The notes under the pieces are model-generated. The model worked only from the letters and a program-made list of their open reading frames with translations. It searched no databases and was not told the DNA's origin. This document shows, piece by piece, positions 9,161 to 23,977 of a stretch of 64,000 bases of DNA. Each line of letters opens with the position of its first letter. The stretch's first letter is position 1. Position numbers and translations under genes: made by a program. The stretch comes from a phage, in assembly GCA_024683775.1 (NCBI GenBank), contig GCA_024683775.1_4106.1; one strand, 5' to 3'.

Positions 9161-9463
9161 ATGAAAATTAAAATGATTAACGATTATGTACTGGTTCGTC
9201 AAATTGAAGCACAGAATAAAAGTACTGGTGGTATTATCCTAGGAAACGTGGAACCACCATGTGTTGGTATGGTGATTTCAGTTGGTGAAGGTAAAGTACT
9301 ACCTAATGGGCAAATTGCAGAACATAATATTTGTGTTGGTGATATGGTTGTATTCGGTCGCTCATCACTAAACACTCCTATCACTGAAGATCTTGGTGGT
9401 GGTGAAGACACATATTATGTGATGAAAATTGAAGAAATTTTTGGTAAGAAATCAAATGGCTAA
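9161..9463 (+). CDS. GroES-like co-chaperonin (gp31-like)
   Basis: DYVLVRQIEAQNKSTGGIILG ... VGDMVVFG matches the Cpn10 pattern; GGAGG 7 nt upstream of ATG 9161. Confidence 0.6.
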   Translation: MKIKMINDYVLVRQIEAQNKSTGGIILGNVEPPCVGMVISVGEGKVLPNGQIAEHNICVGDMVVFGRSSLNTPITEDLGGGEDTYYVMKIEEIFGKKSNG

Positions 9464-10181
9464 AAAAAGGTTTATTCCTTTCTGGATGGTCCCCGCTCAT
9501 TGGGGACTTTCTGGTAAAGCGAAAGAGATTGCGAAAGCATACTACTATAACGATGATTATGAAGCTGATATGTTAGTTGCAGAACTTACATATCTAACAC
9601 CATATGAAGTTGATGTAGCACAGTTGGATATCAAAAAGAAATACAATGTATTAGAAACTCTTGATTATCTAATAGCACAGGCAGATGTACAATTGAAGTA
9701 TTCCAAGATTACCCGTGATGAGTATAATGTAAAATTACTTGATGCTAAATTAAGTACTGGTGCAATTACTCAAAAAGAGTATGATATGGAAGTAATCGAA
9801 CTAATGCCTGATGGTGATGACAAACGTCTTAAAGCTATCGAGTTTGCATATCGTTATGAAGAGATTACACAACAAGAGTATTCAAAGGAAATCTTTACTT
9901 TACGTAAAGAACCTTGGATTGATTTGGATGTAGTACTTAATCCAGAAACAAATGAAGTTGAATTTGTTTTTGATTATAATGAATACTTTTGGAAAAAGTT
10001 AAAAGCGGAAGGTCATCCAGGTAATGACGAAGAAGAAATTATTGACAACTTCGTTAGAGACATGGGGCGTAAACTAGCTACGGATGATTTCAGTGATGAT
10101 TATGACGTAAAGCTAGTGAATGCGAACGAAGGGTTAGAGAATCTACCTGGTTTACCTGAAGGGTTCCGTTCATACAAATAA
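9456..10181 (+). CDS. hypothetical protein with ITxxEY repeats
   Basis: ORF overlapping the GroES-like stop by 8 nt; repeated ITRDEY / ITQKEY / ITQQEY motifs. Confidence 0.4.
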   Translation: MAKKRFIPFWMVPAHWGLSGKAKEIAKAYYYNDDYEADMLVAELTYLTPYEVDVAQLDIKKKYNVLETLDYLIAQADVQLKYSKITRDEYNVKLLDAKLSTGAITQKEYDMEVIELMPDGDDKRLKAIEFAYRYEEITQQEYSKEIFTLRKEPWIDLDVVLNPETNEVEFVFDYNEYFWKKLKAEGHPGNDEEEIIDNFVRDMGRKLATDDFSDDYDVKLVNANEGLENLPGLPEGFRSYK

Positions 10182-10214
10182 AAAAAGGAGAGCAAAAGCT
10201 CTCCTTTTCTTTTA
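10181..10214. terminator. bidirectional terminator between convergent genes
   Basis: A-run, GGAGAGC-AAAA-GCTCTCC hairpin, T-run. Confidence 0.6.
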
Positions 10215-10225
10215 TCTTTAATTTA

Positions 10226-10915
10226 TTAAACCATCGCTGGGATGAATTTGAATAGTTTGATACCGAAGTCACCAGCAGCATCAGCAGCTTGGGAACGTAG
10301 AACAACTTCAGTAACACCATCTTTAGCGAGTAGTGGAACTGCGGTTAGGTCATCAATTAGTAGACGGCCTTCTTCGATCTCAGTACTTGGAACGCCTTGG
10401 AAAGATTGAATATCTTTATCAAATACGTTAGCACGTTCAACGAGGAAAGTAACTACTGATGCACTAGCGATATCAACAGCACCAACACTTAGGATACCGT
10501 CAGCAGCGTTGGTAAAACCAGTAACTGCAAATGGTTCAGCGTCGTTGCCAGCGATTTCGGAAGTAGCGATGATAACTGCACGTTGTTGAACAACATCAAC
10601 GATACGTTTAACGTTAGTTTGTGCAGCGTAAGCAGCGTTATAATCAGCTTCTAGAGTTGCTGCTTCAAATGGAGTACCATCGATACGGATGATACCTTTT
10701 TCGTTTAGATATGCAACGATTTCATCAGCTACGTCAGTGTTTAGGAAACGTTGTAGACCAGCGAAAGAACCAACTGCACCAGTAACACGCACGTTAACAT
10801 TACCAATTTTACTAATTGCGATAGATGCTAGGGCGTTTTTGCCACAGAAGTAACCTAGAATTTTATCAAAGGAATAACCATTGATACGTTCAAAAGAAGT
10901 ATTAGTATTAGACAT
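10226..10915 (-). CDS. abundant late protein, paralog B (probable virion structural protein)
   Basis: 229 aa, Ala/Gly/Val/Thr-rich, strongly biased codons; paralogous to 10931-11530 (QQRAV(I/L)..TS and ER..VFDK motifs); GGGGGA RBS. Confidence 0.5.
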   Translation of the reverse strand: MSNTNTSFERINGYSFDKILGYFCGKNALASIAISKIGNVNVRVTGAVGSFAGLQRFLNTDVADEIVAYLNEKGIIRIDGTPFEAATLEADYNAAYAAQTNVKRIVDVVQQRAVIIATSEIAGNDAEPFAVTGFTNAADGILSVGAVDIASASVVTFLVERANVFDKDIQSFQGVPSTEIEEGRLLIDDLTAVPLLAKDGVTEVVLRSQAADAAGDFGIKLFKFIPAMV

Positions 10916-10930
10916 ATTGTAGTCCCCCTA

Positions 10931-11530
10931 TTATAGTTGTACTGGTAGAGCAGCACGAACTTTAATTGCAACAGCGTCAGCGGCAGCAGCATCACCAACA
11001 CCATCAGTACCTAGAGCAACATAAGATTTGGTACGGAAGAATTTAGCTTGTGCAATAGCTTTAGCTAGTTCAACAGTTGGATCAACTGGAACAGAGTAAG
11101 CAGCACCTGGGCGAACTTCTTGTTTGTCAAATACGTCTTGACGTTCACAGATGAAGGTTAGAGCAACAGAACCAGCACCACCTGTAACATCAGCACCACT
11201 AGTACCAAACGCGATTACGTTACCACCAACGGTTTTAAAGTCAGCAGGGATAACAACAGCGGTGTCTAGAGCTAGTACGGAAGTAGTAACTAGTACTGCA
11301 CGTTGTTGTAGTAGTTGGGTAATCATGAATTGGTTGTATTGAGCATTGCTGATTGCAGTTTGTAGTGCTTCATCTTGAATTTCGGAACCGTCAGAAGTAA
11401 CAGCGGTAGTACCAACTTCAACATCTGCTGGTAGATCAACAACGATGGTTACGAAACCATTGTTACCACCCCAGTATTCACGAGCAGTAGCAGACATACC
11501 ATAGTTACGGTTAAAAGAATTAAGACTCAT
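10931..11530 (-). CDS. abundant late protein, paralog A (probable virion structural protein)
   Basis: 199 aa; paralog of 10226-10915; GGAG RBS; late-type elements upstream. Confidence 0.5.
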   Translation of the reverse strand: MSLNSFNRNYGMSATAREYWGGNNGFVTIVVDLPADVEVGTTAVTSDGSEIQDEALQTAISNAQYNQFMITQLLQQRAVLVTTSVLALDTAVVIPADFKTVGGNVIAFGTSGADVTGGAGSVALTFICERQDVFDKQEVRPGAAYSVPVDPTVELAKAIAQAKFFRTKSYVALGTDGVGDAAAADAVAIKVRAALPVQL

Positions 11531-11572
11531 AAAAATCTCCTTGTCAAATTTTGTGCAGGAACACCCTGCTTA

Positions 11573-11647
11573 ATATTATTTATCAAAAAATATAAACCAC
11601 ATTTAAATTTAAGGCAATATTCCCTGATCTCTATGATATTATTTATC
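11573..11647 (-). promoter_or_regulatory. two copies of late-promoter-like GATAAATAATAT element
   Basis: Minus-strand GATAAATAATAT at 11584-11573 and 11647-11636, 40-115 nt upstream of the start at 11530. Confidence 0.4.
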
Positions 11648-11651
11648 AAAT

Positions 11652-16908
<5,257 letters not shown>

Positions 16909-16955
16909 GATGTTTGTCAGGGCAATGAGCCTTGACAAACAGAGTAAAAAAAACC

Positions 16956-16985
16956 TTGGGACGGTTAAAAATCCCATGATATAAT
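16956..16985 (+). promoter_or_regulatory. promoter (TTGGGA, 18-bp spacer, TATAAT with TG extension)
   Basis: ttggga at 16956-16961, catgaTATAAT with TATAAT at 16980-16985; second promoter upstream of the SSB gene. Confidence 0.45.
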
Positions 16986-17072
16986 GTAAATTGTTGATGA
17001 GTCAATGAAGACAAATCAACGTTAATAGCCCGTTAAAACTTAACAAACAAACTAATGACAAGGAAGCCCAAT

Positions 17073-18122
17073 ATGCAAACTCTAGCTGAAATTCGTGCAA
17101 AACTAAAAGCTGAACAAGAAAAAGCAGAAGCACAGAAGAATGGTACATTTACAGGTGAACGTAAAGCCGATTCTTTCCTAGCTTTCTGGAATGTCCCTTA
17201 CAATGAACCACTAAACCTACGTTTTCTACCAGATGCTGATGAGTCTAACCCATTCTTCTGGCGTGAACGTGATATGATCAACCTAACGTTCCAAGGTATT
17301 GTTGGTATGCACACCGATAAAGTTACCGTTCAAGTACCATGTAACGAAATGTGGGTTCCTAAATCATGTCCAATTCTTAAAGAAGTACGTCAATGGTTCC
17401 AAAGTGCGAATGAAACTGGAAACGAAGAACTGAAAGCAATGGCTGGTCGTTACTGGAAAAAGAAAACCTATCTAATGCAATGTTTCGTTGCTCCTGATAG
17501 CGTAGCAGTAAAAGACGATATTGCTCCAGAAAACCCAATCCGTCGTATCCTAGCTAACAAAGATATCTTTGATAAAGTTAAATCTATCCTGCTAAACCCA
17601 GGCATCAAAGAACTACCAACTCACTACATTCACGGTCGTGACTTTGGTATTGTTAAAACTAAGAATGGTGGTGGTTACAATAGCTATGACATGTCTCAAT
17701 TCTCCATGTCCGAGCGTCCACTCAATGAAGAAGAACTGGCAGCGATTGAAAAGTTTGGTCTATATAATCTAAATGATTTTATGCCAAAACAACCAACTCC
17801 AGAAGAACTAAAAGCTATCGAAGAAATGTTCGAAGCATCTGTTGATGGTAAACCTTATGACCCTGCACGTTGGGCTTTCGCTTACCGTCCAGCAGGTGTA
17901 CAAAAACCAACAACTGGTACTATTAGTGAAAACAAACCTGCTCCACAAGCTCCAGTACAACAACCTGCTCCTGCACAAACTCCTGCTCCGCAAGCACCAG
18001 TAGCTACTCCTACTCCTGCTGCTGAACCAGTAGCTGCTGCACCAGCACCAGTAGCTGAAGCTCCAAAAGAACAACTTTCTGCATCTGCACTAGTTGCTCG
18101 TTTGAAACAACAAGGTAAGTAA
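17073..18122 (+). CDS. single-stranded DNA-binding protein (T4 gp32-like)
   Basis: N-terminus QTLAEIRAKLKA and LNLRFLP resemble gp32; Pro/Ala/Gln-rich flexible C-terminal tail; AAGGAAG RBS before ATG 17073. Confidence 0.75.
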   Translation: MQTLAEIRAKLKAEQEKAEAQKNGTFTGERKADSFLAFWNVPYNEPLNLRFLPDADESNPFFWRERDMINLTFQGIVGMHTDKVTVQVPCNEMWVPKSCPILKEVRQWFQSANETGNEELKAMAGRYWKKKTYLMQCFVAPDSVAVKDDIAPENPIRRILANKDIFDKVKSILLNPGIKELPTHYIHGRDFGIVKTKNGGGYNSYDMSQFSMSERPLNEEELAAIEKFGLYNLNDFMPKQPTPEELKAIEEMFEASVDGKPYDPARWAFAYRPAGVQKPTTGTISENKPAPQAPVQQPAPAQTPAPQAPVATPTPAAEPVAAAPAPVAEAPKEQLSASALVARLKQQGK

Positions 18123-18140
18123 TAGTATTTGAAAAGTTAA

Positions 18141-18169
18141 GGGGCAACGGAGTTTGCCCCGTTTTATTT
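18141..18169 (+). terminator. rho-independent terminator
   Basis: GGGGCAA-CGGAGT-TTGCCCC hairpin then GTTTTATTT. Confidence 0.6.
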
Positions 18170-18191
18170 CATAAAATTCAAGGAGCGAATT

Positions 18192-19310
18192 ATGAAAATG
18201 ACAAGTGGTTTTGCAAACATTCTAAAAAATAGTACTGGTAGCGTTAAAAAGAATACTGGTGTTAGCGTAGGCTTTCATGATCCTGATACATGGATTAGTA
18301 CTGGTAACTTTGCTTTGAACTATCGTATTAGTGGTTATTTTGACCGTGGTATTCCACTAGGTAAAGTAACCATGTTTGCTGGTGAATCTGGTTCTGGTAA
18401 ATCATTTATCGTTTCTGGAAACATCGCCCGTGAAGCACAACAACAAGGTATCTTTGTTGTTATGATTGATTCCGAGAACGCATTGGATTCAGATTGGCTA
18501 CAAGCACTAGGTGTAGACACTTCAGAAGAAAAACTACTAAAAGTAAACATGGGTATGATTGGTGATGTTGCTAAATTTACCTATGAGTTCATCGAAGGGT
18601 ATCGTAAAGAATACGAAAATACTCCTAAAGAAGAACGTCAAAAAGTATTATTCATTATCGACTCAATTGGTATGTTGAATACTGAAGTTGCTAATGACCA
18701 GATGAAAGCTGGTAACTTGAAAGGTGATATGGGTCACAAACCTAAACAGCTTAAAGCTTACATCACCAACTGTGTAAACTCGATTGGTTCACTTAACATT
18801 GGTATGGTTTGTGTAAACCATAGTTATGAATCCCAAGATATGTTCAACCCTGATCCAAAAGTATCTGGTGGTAGTGGTTTGATTTATGCATCTTCTATGG
18901 TTATCGCAATGGGTAAACTAAAACTTAAAGAAGATGAAGAAGGCAACAAGACTTCAGATGTAAGTGGTATTCGTTCTAAATGTAAAGTCATGAAGACTCG
19001 TTACAACAAACCATTTGAAGATGTTGAGATTAAAATTCCTTGGGATAAAGGTATGGACCCACGCAGTGGTCTACTAGATATGTTCGAGAAATATGAACTT
19101 ATCGTTAAATCTGGTAACCGTCTAATGTACGTTGATATTGACACTGGTGAACAGATTCTAAAATATCGTAAAGAATGGATGCGTAACGAAGATTCTTGCC
19201 TTGATTTAGTTATGAATCAATTCAAACGTCACCCTTTGATTGAAGAAGTCAAAGAAGAAGAAAAAGGTGATGAATCATTTGGTACTGATATTGGAAGTAG
19301 TGAGGAATAA
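18192..19310 (+). CDS. uvsX: RecA-family recombinase UvsX
   Basis: Walker A GESGSGKSF in a RecA/UvsX-like context; AGGAG RBS. Confidence 0.85.
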   Translation: MKMTSGFANILKNSTGSVKKNTGVSVGFHDPDTWISTGNFALNYRISGYFDRGIPLGKVTMFAGESGSGKSFIVSGNIAREAQQQGIFVVMIDSENALDSDWLQALGVDTSEEKLLKVNMGMIGDVAKFTYEFIEGYRKEYENTPKEERQKVLFIIDSIGMLNTEVANDQMKAGNLKGDMGHKPKQLKAYITNCVNSIGSLNIGMVCVNHSYESQDMFNPDPKVSGGSGLIYASSMVIAMGKLKLKEDEEGNKTSDVSGIRSKCKVMKTRYNKPFEDVEIKIPWDKGMDPRSGLLDMFEKYELIVKSGNRLMYVDIDTGEQILKYRKEWMRNEDSCLDLVMNQFKRHPLIEEVKEEEKGDESFGTDIGSSEE

Positions 19311-19771
19311 TGAAACCTTGGCATTGGATCATCAAAGATGATAAATCTAAAATAATCGACATGATTGAACACTTCGAAAAAGAAACTGAAGAAGCTCGTC
19401 GTGAAGTTAAAAAGATTGGCATCATTGAAAAGATTGCTCAGGAGATTCCAGGCTGGCATGAGACTCGTCTCAGTCAGCTTCAAGAACTAGAAGCGGTACT
19501 TGAAATGCTAGAAATTGAAATGCGTCAACTACAAGCTGAAAAGTTTAAATATTTCCTTGAAGCATATCGTCGAGCACTATCATCTTCTGACTGTAAAAAG
19601 TATGTTGAAGGTGATAAAGAAGTTTGTGAATTATCCGAACTAATAAATGAAGTATCATATATCCGTAATACGTTTTCCAGTATTGTTAAATCCTTAGAGA
19701 TGAAAGCTTTTCAGTTAAACAATATTGTGAGACTACGTGCTGCTGGTATTGAAGATGCACGTTTAGAATAA
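19310..19771 (+). CDS. hypothetical protein (coiled-coil rich)
   Basis: 153-aa ORF directly after uvsX. Confidence 0.4.
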   Translation: MKPWHWIIKDDKSKIIDMIEHFEKETEEARREVKKIGIIEKIAQEIPGWHETRLSQLQELEAVLEMLEIEMRQLQAEKFKYFLEAYRRALSSSDCKKYVEGDKEVCELSELINEVSYIRNTFSSIVKSLEMKAFQLNNIVRLRAAGIEDARLE

Positions 19772-19779
19772 CTATCCAT

Positions 19780-19806
19780 AAGGACGCATTACGCGTCCTT
19801 TTTCTA
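19780..19806 (+). terminator. rho-independent terminator
   Basis: AAGGACGC-ATTAC-GCGTCCTT hairpin then TTTCT. Confidence 0.55.
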
Positions 19807-19818
19807 TGCGAGAATAAA

Positions 19819-20637
19819 ATGACAAAATTAGATGAGTTCCTATCAAACGTATCAGTACTAGACACCGAAACAACTGGTGTCGAAAGTGAAGATGATATTA
19901 TTGAATTTAGTATTTCATATCCTCACGATGCACATGAGAATATTGATACTATTGATAACTACACTTTGCGTTATAAACCACTAAAAGATATACCACCAGA
20001 AGCAAGTGCTGTGCATTTTATCAGTACTGAAGATGTAGCAAACTGCATTGGTTATAAAGATGACTTAGAAAACATTGACGCACTAATGGGGTGTCGTAGT
20101 TATTTTATTGGACACAACGTTCAATTTGACCGCCGAATGATGGTAGATAATGAATATAAATATCGTAACTCAGTTTCGCAGTACTTGCTCGATGAAGATA
20201 AATGGATTTGTACCCTTCGTTTAGCTAAGAAGATGTTTGCAGAAGACACTGAATTCAAAAACTTAACTCTAAGTTATTTGTGGTATAAATTTGGTTGCTA
20301 TCGTGACGTACATCGTGCAGTGAATGCTCACGCAGCAAAAGATGACGTATTCATGTGTTACCAAGTTCTAATCAAATTGATTGAAGTTGCGATTGAACGT
20401 GGACATATTGACCCTAATGGTGACATTGGTGAACAAATCGTAACATTCTGTAATACACCAATGCGTTATAAATTCATGCCATTTGGTAAACACAAAGGCG
20501 AACCAATGGAAACTGTTCCATTGAACTATATTGAATGGATGATTACTAACAGTGATATCCTTGATGCAAGTAACCCAAACTGTGATAAAGATTTAGTATA
20601 TACATTTGAGTACGAATATAATACTCGAACTAATTAA
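19819..20637 (+). CDS. DnaQ-like DEDDh 3'-5' exonuclease
   Basis: Exo I LDTETTG, Exo II GHNVQFD, Exo III H...D (HRAVNAHAAKDD). Confidence 0.65.
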   Translation: MTKLDEFLSNVSVLDTETTGVESEDDIIEFSISYPHDAHENIDTIDNYTLRYKPLKDIPPEASAVHFISTEDVANCIGYKDDLENIDALMGCRSYFIGHNVQFDRRMMVDNEYKYRNSVSQYLLDEDKWICTLRLAKKMFAEDTEFKNLTLSYLWYKFGCYRDVHRAVNAHAAKDDVFMCYQVLIKLIEVAIERGHIDPNGDIGEQIVTFCNTPMRYKFMPFGKHKGEPMETVPLNYIEWMITNSDILDASNPNCDKDLVYTFEYEYNTRTN

Positions 20638-20652
20638 TAAAGGTATTCATGG

Positions 20653-22137
20653 ATGAAAACTTGTAAGCTAACCTTACTGGACGAGGTTAATTGTAAATTT
20701 GAGGGACTAGATCCCTCAATTCGTCAGAAGATGATTCGTGCAACAGAATATGTACTTCCATACGCTAAGTTCACCCCTGCTGGTCGTATTGGTCGTTGGG
20801 ATGGTAAGGTACAGTTTATGAACTTAGGTGGCAGTACTTACTACCACATGTTGGATAAGTTGTTGCCAATCTTAGATGAAGCAAAAATTGATATTGAACT
20901 TGAAGATCATCGTGTCAATTATGGATTCAATTTTGAACCAATTGATGAAGATATTTTTAGTGATGTTGTGTTTGGTGCTGGACACCACATGGAAGGTAAG
21001 TCAATCAAGCTCAGAGAGCATCAGGTGAACGCAGTTAATGCTTGCCTTGCAAACCCACATGGTTTATTATTAGCAGCTACAGGGGCTGGTAAAACGCTCA
21101 TCACAGCGGCATTATCCAAGAAGGTACAAGAGTATGGACGTTCTGTGATTATCGTACCTAGTACTGATTTGGTGCAGCAAACATATGATGACTATGTTAT
21201 GTGTGGTCTGGATACTGGTGTGTTCTATGGTGCACAGAAAGACTTTGGTCACCAACACACAATCACTACTTGGCAGTCATTCAACTCTTTGTGGAAGAAA
21301 ACAAAGAAAGGTGAAATTGAACTGACCGAACAAGATGTTCATGACTTTATTGATGGTGTGGTTTGTGTGATTGTCGATGAGTGTCAAGGTGCTGGTGGTG
21401 ATGCATTAGTTCAAGTACTCTCTAAAGTTATGAATAACGTACCACTTCGTTGGGGTTTAACTGGTACTATTCCAAAAGACCAAGTTGTTGCTGCGAAGAT
21501 TAAATGTAACGTTGGTGATGTGATATTTAAAATCACAGCTAAAGAATTACAAGATAAAAAAATACTAAGCACATGTAATGTGAACTGTATTAAACTTAAA
21601 AGTAATTTAAAGTTCGCGTCATATGCAGAAGAATTAAAGTACTTAGTTACTGACCGTGATAGAATGGCATATGTAGCATCACTGATAGGTGCGTTAGCAG
21701 AATCTGGAAACACTTTAGTACTGGTTGATAGACTTGAAGCTGGTGAATTACTTTGTGAATTTTTGGGTATTCCTAAGTCAGAATTTGTTCGTGGGGAAAC
21801 CAAAAAGAAAGATCGTGAATCTTCATATGGTGAAATTCGCTGGGCTGATAACAAAATACTCATTGCAACCTATGGGGTAGCAAGTACTGGTATCAGTATT
21901 TCTCGTTTGTATAATGTTGTTCTAATCGAACCAGGAAAAAGCTTCGTTCGTACCATACAGTCCATTGGTCGTGGGTTGCGTCGAGCAGAAGACAAAGACC
22001 ACGTGGAAATCTTTGATATCAGTGGCACAAACAAATATAGTGCAAAACACTTACGTGAACGTTTACAATACTATAAGGAAGCACAATATCCTCATAGTAT
22101 CATAGATGTTAAGGATTGGGAAAATACAGCGGGATAA
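20653..22137 (+). CDS. uvsW: SF2 helicase UvsW-like
   Basis: N-terminal GRWDGKVQF as in T4 UvsW, Walker A AATGAGKT, DEAH-like VIVDECQ. Confidence 0.75.
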   Translation: MKTCKLTLLDEVNCKFEGLDPSIRQKMIRATEYVLPYAKFTPAGRIGRWDGKVQFMNLGGSTYYHMLDKLLPILDEAKIDIELEDHRVNYGFNFEPIDEDIFSDVVFGAGHHMEGKSIKLREHQVNAVNACLANPHGLLLAATGAGKTLITAALSKKVQEYGRSVIIVPSTDLVQQTYDDYVMCGLDTGVFYGAQKDFGHQHTITTWQSFNSLWKKTKKGEIELTEQDVHDFIDGVVCVIVDECQGAGGDALVQVLSKVMNNVPLRWGLTGTIPKDQVVAAKIKCNVGDVIFKITAKELQDKKILSTCNVNCIKLKSNLKFASYAEELKYLVTDRDRMAYVASLIGALAESGNTLVLVDRLEAGELLCEFLGIPKSEFVRGETKKKDRESSYGEIRWADNKILIATYGVASTGISISRLYNVVLIEPGKSFVRTIQSIGRGLRRAEDKDHVEIFDISGTNKYSAKHLRERLQYYKEAQYPHSIIDVKDWENTAG

Positions 22138-22146
22138 TCCCGCTGT
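22126..22146 (+). other. perfect hairpin with the uvsW stop codon in its loop
   Basis: ACAGCGGGA-TAA-TCCCGCTGT (9-bp stem, 3-nt loop); no T-run follows. Confidence 0.5.
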
Positions 22147-22149
22147 ACA

Positions 22150-22158
22150 TGATATAAT
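22150..22158 (+). promoter_or_regulatory. extended -10 promoter element TGaTATAAT
   Basis: catgatataatgt immediately after the hairpin; same motif as at 16977 and 57314. Confidence 0.4.
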
Positions 22159-22193
22159 GTGTCGTATGACAACAACAAGGAAGTAAAATAAAA

Positions 22194-22622
22194 ATGGAAT
22201 TAAGATCTAGTATTGCTTTTATCTGTGACCAAGAAACGTTAGATGTAATTGATGTATTGTTGAATGATGATGGTATCATGGATGACATGGTATCTTCACT
22301 TGACTATATACCTGAACTAGAAACTGACGATACTAATGTTTGGAGATGTAATATTGACACTAATTCATGGATTAATATCTATGAATTGCAAACCAGAATT
22401 GACTCGAAAGTTGAATCATTAAAATATGATATCATCTATGCAAGTACTGATACTACAACGTTTATTGATGTTGTTAGTCTTAGTGGTAATTTTGATTCTT
22501 ACTTAGATACCGATGTTGATAAGATTCAAGAAATGTGTGAAACGTATGGTCTTGAATTCTATGGTACATCCGATGAAGATGAAGAAGATTACTACGATGA
22601 AGATGAAGATTCCCAGTACTAA
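22194..22622 (+). CDS. highly acidic small protein (candidate DNA mimic)
   Basis: 142 aa, Asp/Glu-rich, C-terminus DEDEEDYYDEDEDSQY. Confidence 0.45.
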   Translation: MELRSSIAFICDQETLDVIDVLLNDDGIMDDMVSSLDYIPELETDDTNVWRCNIDTNSWINIYELQTRIDSKVESLKYDIIYASTDTTTFIDVVSLSGNFDSYLDTDVDKIQEMCETYGLEFYGTSDEDEEDYYDEDEDSQY

Positions 22623-22631
22623 GGAGATGAG

Positions 22632-23129
22632 ATGAACGTATTAACCCCAGAAAATAATTCATTTGATATGGATTTAGTAACTGAACACATTCCATCAGAA
22701 ATGTATTGTGTTTTAGATTTGAGTCCAAACGGTGACTCTGACTTTTATTTTCGCCACATTTTGAACACTGTATCATTTAATAGTATCAGTGCTGATTTGC
22801 AGATTGGTGAAAAGATTATCCAAGTACCATTGGGTTGGCAAATCATGTTGGGTGATGAAGAGACAGGTATGGTTGAGATGTGTACCATTGAAAACATTCT
22901 TAATATGAAAGAACCTAAAGCTTTTGTTTACAATCCAATCCGTTCGATGTATCCTAAGTTTGAACCTGTAAAAGTACTGCGTGTATTCGCACTCACTACT
23001 AAGTGGCAGATCCCTATGCTGCCTAAGAAGAACTTACTATGTGTTCCTCTGCACAGTGGTGATAATCCACCTTGTGTTTACTTTGCAGATGAGAACGAGA
23101 AAATTCAAGATTTGTATCTAGGAGTGTAA
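22632..23129 (+). CDS. hypothetical protein
   Basis: 165-aa ORF. Confidence 0.4.
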   Translation: MNVLTPENNSFDMDLVTEHIPSEMYCVLDLSPNGDSDFYFRHILNTVSFNSISADLQIGEKIIQVPLGWQIMLGDEETGMVEMCTIENILNMKEPKAFVYNPIRSMYPKFEPVKVLRVFALTTKWQIPMLPKKNLLCVPLHSGDNPPCVYFADENEKIQDLYLGV

Positions 23130-23131
23130 TA

Positions 23132-23977
23132 GTGTTAGATTTCAGTAATATTAAAGCTAAGTCAGTAGACGAAAACGATAAACCAACCCAGCATACATTT
23201 TCTATTGCTGAATTTCTAAAACATATTGACCGTGCAGATTACAAATACTATAATGACATGACCGAAGATGAGCGTAAGGAATTTACGCCTTATACTGTAC
23301 TTCGTTGGGTAAGTTCACTTGATGACTCACTTCAAGTAACTTTCCCTAGTAGTAAAGTGGAAAACGTATTTGGTAAGTGGAAAGCTGGTGGCAAAGAAGC
23401 ACTCACTGAACTTGTCAAAGAACTCAATAGTACTGGTGTTAATGTAACATCAGTTACTAAGTACTGTCACAGTGACTATGATTGGCGTATCAAGTTTGCC
23501 GTACAAAGCAATGATGATGCTAACAAGTTGATTGCAGCAATGACTGAATTTAGTATTGCTGGTGGACAGATCATCTCATTGGTTGACAGTGACGTTGTAC
23601 GTTATCAGTTGATTATGTTGAATGATATGGTTAATGATGGGTTCTGGGATATGAAAGAACACCCTGAACTTGTATATCAACTACTATGTTCTGTTCATGA
23701 TATGTTGGGTGGTAAGGAATTACCACGAAACTGGTTAAACTTTTCCAAGAGTTTTAAGCGTGCTAATAATGAATTATTTGAACTCATTAAAAGTACACAG
23801 CCAGATTCAATCGCAACTCAAATGAACGAAGATGAATATAAAATTGTTTTGTTGCAATATAACAAAAAAACATTCGAGTCTTTCCTTGAAGACATAGGTT
23901 TACAAGAGAAAGAAATGAAATCAATGATGAAATTATTTAAAGAAGAATGTAAGAAATATGGCAAAGAAATCAAGTAG
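23132..23977 (+). CDS. hypothetical protein
   Basis: 281-aa ORF, GTG start with AGGAG 7 nt upstream. Confidence 0.4.
   Translation: MLDFSNIKAKSVDENDKPTQHTFSIAEFLKHIDRADYKYYNDMTEDERKEFTPYTVLRWVSSLDDSLQVTFPSSKVENVFGKWKAGGKEALTELVKELNSTGVNVTSVTKYCHSDYDWRIKFAVQSNDDANKLIAAMTEFSIAGGQIISLVDSDVVRYQLIMLNDMVNDGFWDMKEHPELVYQLLCSVHDMLGGKELPRNWLNFSKSFKRANNELFELIKSTQPDSIATQMNEDEYKIVLLQYNKKTFESFLEDIGLQEKEMKSMMKLFKEECKKYGKEIK

Noticed and set aside
19310-19771. UvsY assignment for the ORF after uvsX
   Set aside because: Position and size are suggestive, but I could not align it convincingly to T4 UvsY by eye; left as hypothetical.
22632-23129. Hint/intein-like domain in ORF 22632-23129
   Set aside because: One cysteine-led segment looked intein-like, but the diagnostic blocks (TxxH, terminal HN) are absent.
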